A stretch of 64,000 nt of DNA, taken from Maricaulaceae bacterium (GTDB taxonomy: Bacteria; Pseudomonadota; Alphaproteobacteria; Caulobacterales; Maricaulaceae). Location of the stretch: positions 368 to 64,367 of the forward strand of contig JBMYWT010000002.1 in assembly GCA_049607665.1 (NCBI GenBank), given 5' to 3'. The notes below the pieces were generated by a model, which was not told where the DNA came from, searched no databases, and was given only the letters and a program-made list of their open reading frames with translations. The translations under genes were made by a program, and so were the position numbers. This document shows positions 60,346-64,000 of this stretch, in pieces; position 1 is the stretch's first letter, and the number at the start of each line of letters is the position of its first letter.

Positions 60346-61203
60346 ATGTCTTTCATTCCTTATGATTTCCTTCATGCAAAACGCGCAGAGTGGCATGACA
60401 AATACGTCAACGGGATTGTCTCGCTTTGCGTATTTGAATTCATCAGTTTCGGTATAAAGCAAGCTTGGGCCTGCCTCTTTGGCGGGCTGATGCTGGCGAT
60501 GTTACTGGCGACTTTCCTTTGGTATCCAGAGGGCGCGGCGTTGCACCGCTATGATTTTATTACATTGATGGCAATCTTAATTCAACTAAGTCTTTTGTTG
60601 CTGAAATTGGAAACGTTAGAGGAAGCTCGGATTATTCTGTTATTTCATATTGTCGGCACGGCGATGGAAATTTTTAAAACCCATATGGGGTCGTGGGTTT
60701 ACCCAGAACCCAGCGTGCTAAATATTGCGGGCGTTCCCATGTTTAGTGGGTTTATGTATGCCTGTGTGGGGAGTTATATCGCGCGCGTATGGCGGATATT
60801 TGATTTCCAATTTAACCGCTTTCCGCCATTGAAATGGCAAATTCTCTTAGCTGTATTGGTTTATATAAATTTCTTTTCCCATCATTATTTGCCCGACATC
60901 AGGCTGGCATTATTCGCAGGGTCATTCGCGCTTTATGGCGGCTCTTTCATATGGTTTAAAGCGGATGAGACGCACCGCACCATGCCGCTCGTGTTAGGGC
61001 TTTTCCTTGTGGCAATGTTTATTTGGTTCGCAGAAAACTTGGCGACGTTTGCCCGGGCGTGGACCTATCCCGGACAGCAAGATGGCTGGCATATGGTGTC
61101 GTTTGGGAAATTAGGGGCGTGGTATTTATTAATGTTGATTAGCTTTGTGATGGTCGCCTATATGCATCGTCCGGCTAAAATATATTCTAAAAACAAGGCC
61201 TAG
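60346..61203 (+). CDS. DUF817-family integral membrane protein
   Basis: 285-aa polytopic protein. The pattern GIKQAWACLFGG...FHIVGTAMEIFKTHMGSWVYPE matches my recollection of DUF817. Confidence 0.65.
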   Translation: MSFIPYDFLHAKRAEWHDKYVNGIVSLCVFEFISFGIKQAWACLFGGLMLAMLLATFLWYPEGAALHRYDFITLMAILIQLSLLLLKLETLEEARIILLFHIVGTAMEIFKTHMGSWVYPEPSVLNIAGVPMFSGFMYACVGSYIARVWRIFDFQFNRFPPLKWQILLAVLVYINFFSHHYLPDIRLALFAGSFALYGGSFIWFKADETHRTMPLVLGLFLVAMFIWFAENLATFARAWTYPGQQDGWHMVSFGKLGAWYLLMLISFVMVAYMHRPAKIYSKNKA

Positions 61204-61204
61204 C

Positions 61205-61603
61205 CTAGGTCACGCGCCAGTCGGGAAAACGCCGCGCGTCGCCCGCCGTATAGAGGCGAATACGATTGCCAGACGGATCTAGGATATCAGCCTCTCGCCA
61301 TGCGTAAGATTTCATTTCCGCTGGTGCGAGCGGTTTTAGGTTTTTATCCGCAATAAACCTGTCGATGTCATCAAGTTCGAAATAAACGAGGGGCCAATCT
61401 TGTGGCGCTTGCCAATTTTCATCAACGCTATGGAGGGATAATGTGGCCGGTTCTCCGCCATCAGGCGGCGACGGGAATTCAAAACGCACATAACGCGGCG
61501 CGCTATCGACAATTAGAGTGAGGCCGAGCGCCTCATAAAATAAAACGCTCGCGGCCATATTCGTGGCCCCGAGCGTGATTTGATTTAGGCGAATGCCTGA
61601 CAT
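61205..61603 (-). CDS. VOC-family (glyoxalase fold) protein
   Basis: 132 aa. ITLGATNMAASVLFYEALGL...ILDPSGNRIRLY. Confidence 0.75.
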   Translation of the reverse strand: MSGIRLNQITLGATNMAASVLFYEALGLTLIVDSAPRYVRFEFPSPPDGGEPATLSLHSVDENWQAPQDWPLVYFELDDIDRFIADKNLKPLAPAEMKSYAWREADILDPSGNRIRLYTAGDARRFPDWRVT

Positions 61604-61617
61604 ATTGGGCAGGTGCC

Positions 61618-62829
61618 TTATGCCATTTTACGCTCAAAATTCTCTGCAATGGCTTCGAGGTAACCCGTTGTTGAGAGCCAGCCTTGCTGATCGCCGACAA
61701 GAAGCGCCAAGTCTTTAGTCATCTGACCGCCTTCGACGGTTGAAATAACCGTTTTTTCAAGACCAGTAGCGAAGTTGATAAGCGCTTCATTGTCGTCCAA
61801 ACGGCCACGGTGCGCGAGTCCGCGTGTCCACGCAAAGATAGACGCCGTCGAGTTTGTCGAGGTGCTCTCGCCTTTTTGGTGGTTACGGTAGTGACGTGTC
61901 ACTGTGCCGTGGGCCGCTTCGGCTTCCATTGTTTTCCCGTCTGGCGTCAGAAGGAATGATGTCATCAGGCCGAGTGAGCCAAAACCTTGGGCCACTGTGT
62001 CGGACTGTACGTCGCCGTCATAGTTTTTACAGGCCCAGATATATCCGCCAGACCATTTCATCGCCGCTGCGACCATATCGTCGATTAGACGGTGCTGATA
62101 TTCGCCGCCAAATTCAGCGAATTTCTCGGCATATTCTGTGTCATAAATTTCTTGGAAGATATCTTTGAAACGTCCGTCATAGGCTTTCAGGATTGTGTTT
62201 TTCGTCGACATGTAAACAGGCCATTTGCGCTGTACGCCGTAAGACAGGCAAGCGCGGGCGAAATCACGAATGGATTCGTCGAGATTATACATGCCCATGA
62301 TGACGCCGCTGTCGGGGAAATCGAAGATTTCTTTCTCGATGACGTCGCCGTTTTCGCCTTCCCATTTGATCGTGGCTTTACCTTTGCCAGGGATCAGGAA
62401 GTCTGTGGCTTTATACTGGTCACCAAAGGCGTGACGACCGATAACGATAGGCTGCGTCCAGCCCGGCACAAGGCGCGGCACATTGGAGCAGATGATAGGT
62501 TCACGGAAGACAACGCCGCCGAGAATGTTACGGATTGTGCCGTTGGGCGAACGCCACATTTTCTTCAGGCCAAATTCTTCAACGCGCTGCTCGTCAGGCG
62601 TGATGGTCGCGCATTTAATGCCGACATTATATTTCTTCACGGCATTGGCGGCGTCGATTGTGATTTGGTCATCGGTCGCGTCGCGGCTCTGGATAGAGAG
62701 ATCATAATCGAGAAGTTCGATGTCCAGATAGGGCTCGATGAGACGTTCTTTAATCATATCCCAGATGATGCGGGTCATCTCGTCGCCATTCATATCGACA
62801 ACCGGATTATTTACCTTGATTTTAGCCAT
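61618..62829 (-). CDS. icd: NADP-dependent isocitrate dehydrogenase (homodimeric, eukaryote-like type)
   Basis: 403 aa. [23 protein letters not shown]..., [16 protein letters not shown], and DGDVQSD, the typical IDH1/2-like sequence. Confidence 0.95.
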   Translation of the reverse strand: MAKIKVNNPVVDMNGDEMTRIIWDMIKERLIEPYLDIELLDYDLSIQSRDATDDQITIDAANAVKKYNVGIKCATITPDEQRVEEFGLKKMWRSPNGTIRNILGGVVFREPIICSNVPRLVPGWTQPIVIGRHAFGDQYKATDFLIPGKGKATIKWEGENGDVIEKEIFDFPDSGVIMGMYNLDESIRDFARACLSYGVQRKWPVYMSTKNTILKAYDGRFKDIFQEIYDTEYAEKFAEFGGEYQHRLIDDMVAAAMKWSGGYIWACKNYDGDVQSDTVAQGFGSLGLMTSFLLTPDGKTMEAEAAHGTVTRHYRNHQKGESTSTNSTASIFAWTRGLAHRGRLDDNEALINFATGLEKTVISTVEGGQMTKDLALLVGDQQGWLSTTGYLEAIAENFERKMA

Positions 62830-62936
62830 AATTACCTCTGTAACGCGTGTTCATATTGCTGTTTGGGCGGGGTGTAACACCGTCGGCAGCAAAGGAAAAG
62901 GGCTACGGGCCTAAAAGATGAGTGAATTGGCGAGTG

Positions 62937-63764
62937 ATGAGCGACGGTAAGACAACAAAAGACCAACTTGGCAATGTGGCGGTACGCGCGATAGAGCCGG
63001 GGTCGATCCCTGCGGTGATTTTGGTGCGCCCGCAGCTTGGCGAAAATATTGGCGGGGCGTGCCGCGCGATGCTTAATTTCGGACTGACGGATTTACGTCT
63101 GGTGGCCCCGCGCGATGGTTGGCCCAATCCAGCGGCGGATGCCATGGCAGCGGGCGCGCGGCCTGTGCTGGAGAACGCCAAAGTCTTCCCAACCACAGAG
63201 GCGGCGGTGGCGGATTTGAAATATGTACTGGCGGCGACGGCGCGCAGGCGAGAGCTTGAGATTCCCGTCATGGGCACAGGCGAGGCGGGCGGCTCTATGC
63301 GCGCAGCCATCGCCAGCGGACGTCCGAGCGGGATTTTATTCGGCCCAGAGAAAGCGGGCCTGACAAATGATGACGTCACATTGGCGGACGCGATTTTGAC
63401 CTATCCGATCAATCCTGCCTTTCAGTCGCTAAACCTCGCGCAAGCGGTGGGTGTGTTCGCTTATATTTGGGCATCATCCGAATCGACCGCGCCGCCTGCT
63501 CTGTTTGATGACATGGCGCAAATGCCCGCTGACCGCCAAGACCTAACGAATATGTTTGAGCATTTAGAGGATGAGCTGTCCGAGGCGGGGTTCTTTTTCC
63601 CAGAGAGCAAAAAGGCGCTAATGCGGCGCAATATTCGCGCGCCGTTTACGCGGGCAAAAATGACAGAACAAGAAGTGCGCACCATGCGCGGCATCATCAA
63701 AGCGCTCGCGAAAGGGCGTGGTAAAGCGCGCGTAAGCGCAACGGAAGAGGATAAAGGCGAATGA
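62937..63764 (+). CDS. SpoU/TrmH-family RNA 2'-O-methyltransferase (TrmJ-like)
   Basis: VILVRPQLGENIGGACRAMLNFGL, LFGPEKAGLTNDD, and LNLAQAVGVFAY, the SPOUT knot motifs. The start is uncertain (GTG 62922 or ATG 62937). Confidence 0.8.
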   Translation: MSDGKTTKDQLGNVAVRAIEPGSIPAVILVRPQLGENIGGACRAMLNFGLTDLRLVAPRDGWPNPAADAMAAGARPVLENAKVFPTTEAAVADLKYVLAATARRRELEIPVMGTGEAGGSMRAAIASGRPSGILFGPEKAGLTNDDVTLADAILTYPINPAFQSLNLAQAVGVFAYIWASSESTAPPALFDDMAQMPADRQDLTNMFEHLEDELSEAGFFFPESKKALMRRNIRAPFTRAKMTEQEVRTMRGIIKALAKGRGKARVSATEEDKGE

Positions 63765-64000
63765 AATTTATTGGATATATAGGCATATTTTTGGCCATTT
63801 TTGCGGGCTATAATATGATGCACCCCGGACTGATTTTGGTTTTCGCCTTTGTTGTGACGCTCTCTTACGTGAAAGCGCGCCGCAATATTGATAATGAAGC
63901 CGCTCGTGTCGCGAGGCCTAACCCCTTTGTGGATGGGGCTTATTTGTTTGTGGTGCAGCTTTTGGTGATTTTCGTCGCCTATTGCGTTGGCTATTTCGCA
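63761..64000 (+). CDS. hypothetical small membrane protein, 3' end outside the window
   Basis: The ATG at 63761 overlaps the methyltransferase stop (ATGA). My manual translation is MKFIGYIGIFLAIFAGYNMMHPGLILVFAFVVTLSYVKARRNID..., with two hydrophobic helices. The frame is still open at base 64000. Confidence 0.4.
   Translation, partial: MKFIGYIGIFLAIFAGYNMMHPGLILVFAFVVTLSYVKARRNIDNEAARVARPNPFVDGAYLFVVQLLVIFVAYCVGYFA

Noticed and set aside
62092-62877. A 261-aa ORF on the plus strand opposite icd
   Set aside because: It is entirely antisense to a highly conserved icd gene. Its translation is low-complexity and rich in Arg, Ala and Phe, with no recognisable motifs. This is a typical shadow ORF.

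Overview
This 64-kb window looks like ordinary chromosomal backbone of an alphaproteobacterium with moderate GC content. The taxonomic hallmarks are a GTTC-N7-GTTC SOS box ahead of recA, a TTAA-N7-TTAAC CtrA-type box, a CckA-like hybrid kinase, DUF1036 and SleB-type envelope proteins, a SahR-like regulator next to metF, and a one-cysteine DksA. I can support about 62 protein-coding genes. Most are housekeeping genes: glyQS, ppdK, nadABC, def-fmt-truA, argB, yihA, yidC-rnpA-rpmH, purD, xseA, metF, dksA, recA, alaS, icd and ispE/ispB. I saw no rRNA or tRNA genes, CRISPR array, transposase, integrase or phage genes, and no recognisable defence or toxin system.

The strongest signal not explained by genes is a helically phased 11-bp tandem array at 37747-37920. 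Its core motif fills eleven consecutive slots spaced exactly 11 bp, in the xseA/sahR-metF intergenic region. The secondary candidates are:
- a membrane-anchored ribbon-helix-helix protein with a 10-bp inverted repeat at its start and a homopolymer-associated frame break (42768-43501);
- a translationally coupled DUF547/TVP38/flavoprotein disulfide reductase operon of unknown role (28958-32056);
- a membrane protein/DUF1704 (MATCAP-like)/GNAT operon (40305-42692);
- an AT-rich mosaic patch inside the essential glyS gene (about 8085-8475);
- several AT-rich islets, namely a GT4 gene between ispE and ispB, the META-domain genes, and an orphan ORF after a Rieske oxygenase.

All functional calls come from reading the supplied translations and recognising motifs. 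No database search or computation was possible, so the novelty claims are hypotheses.
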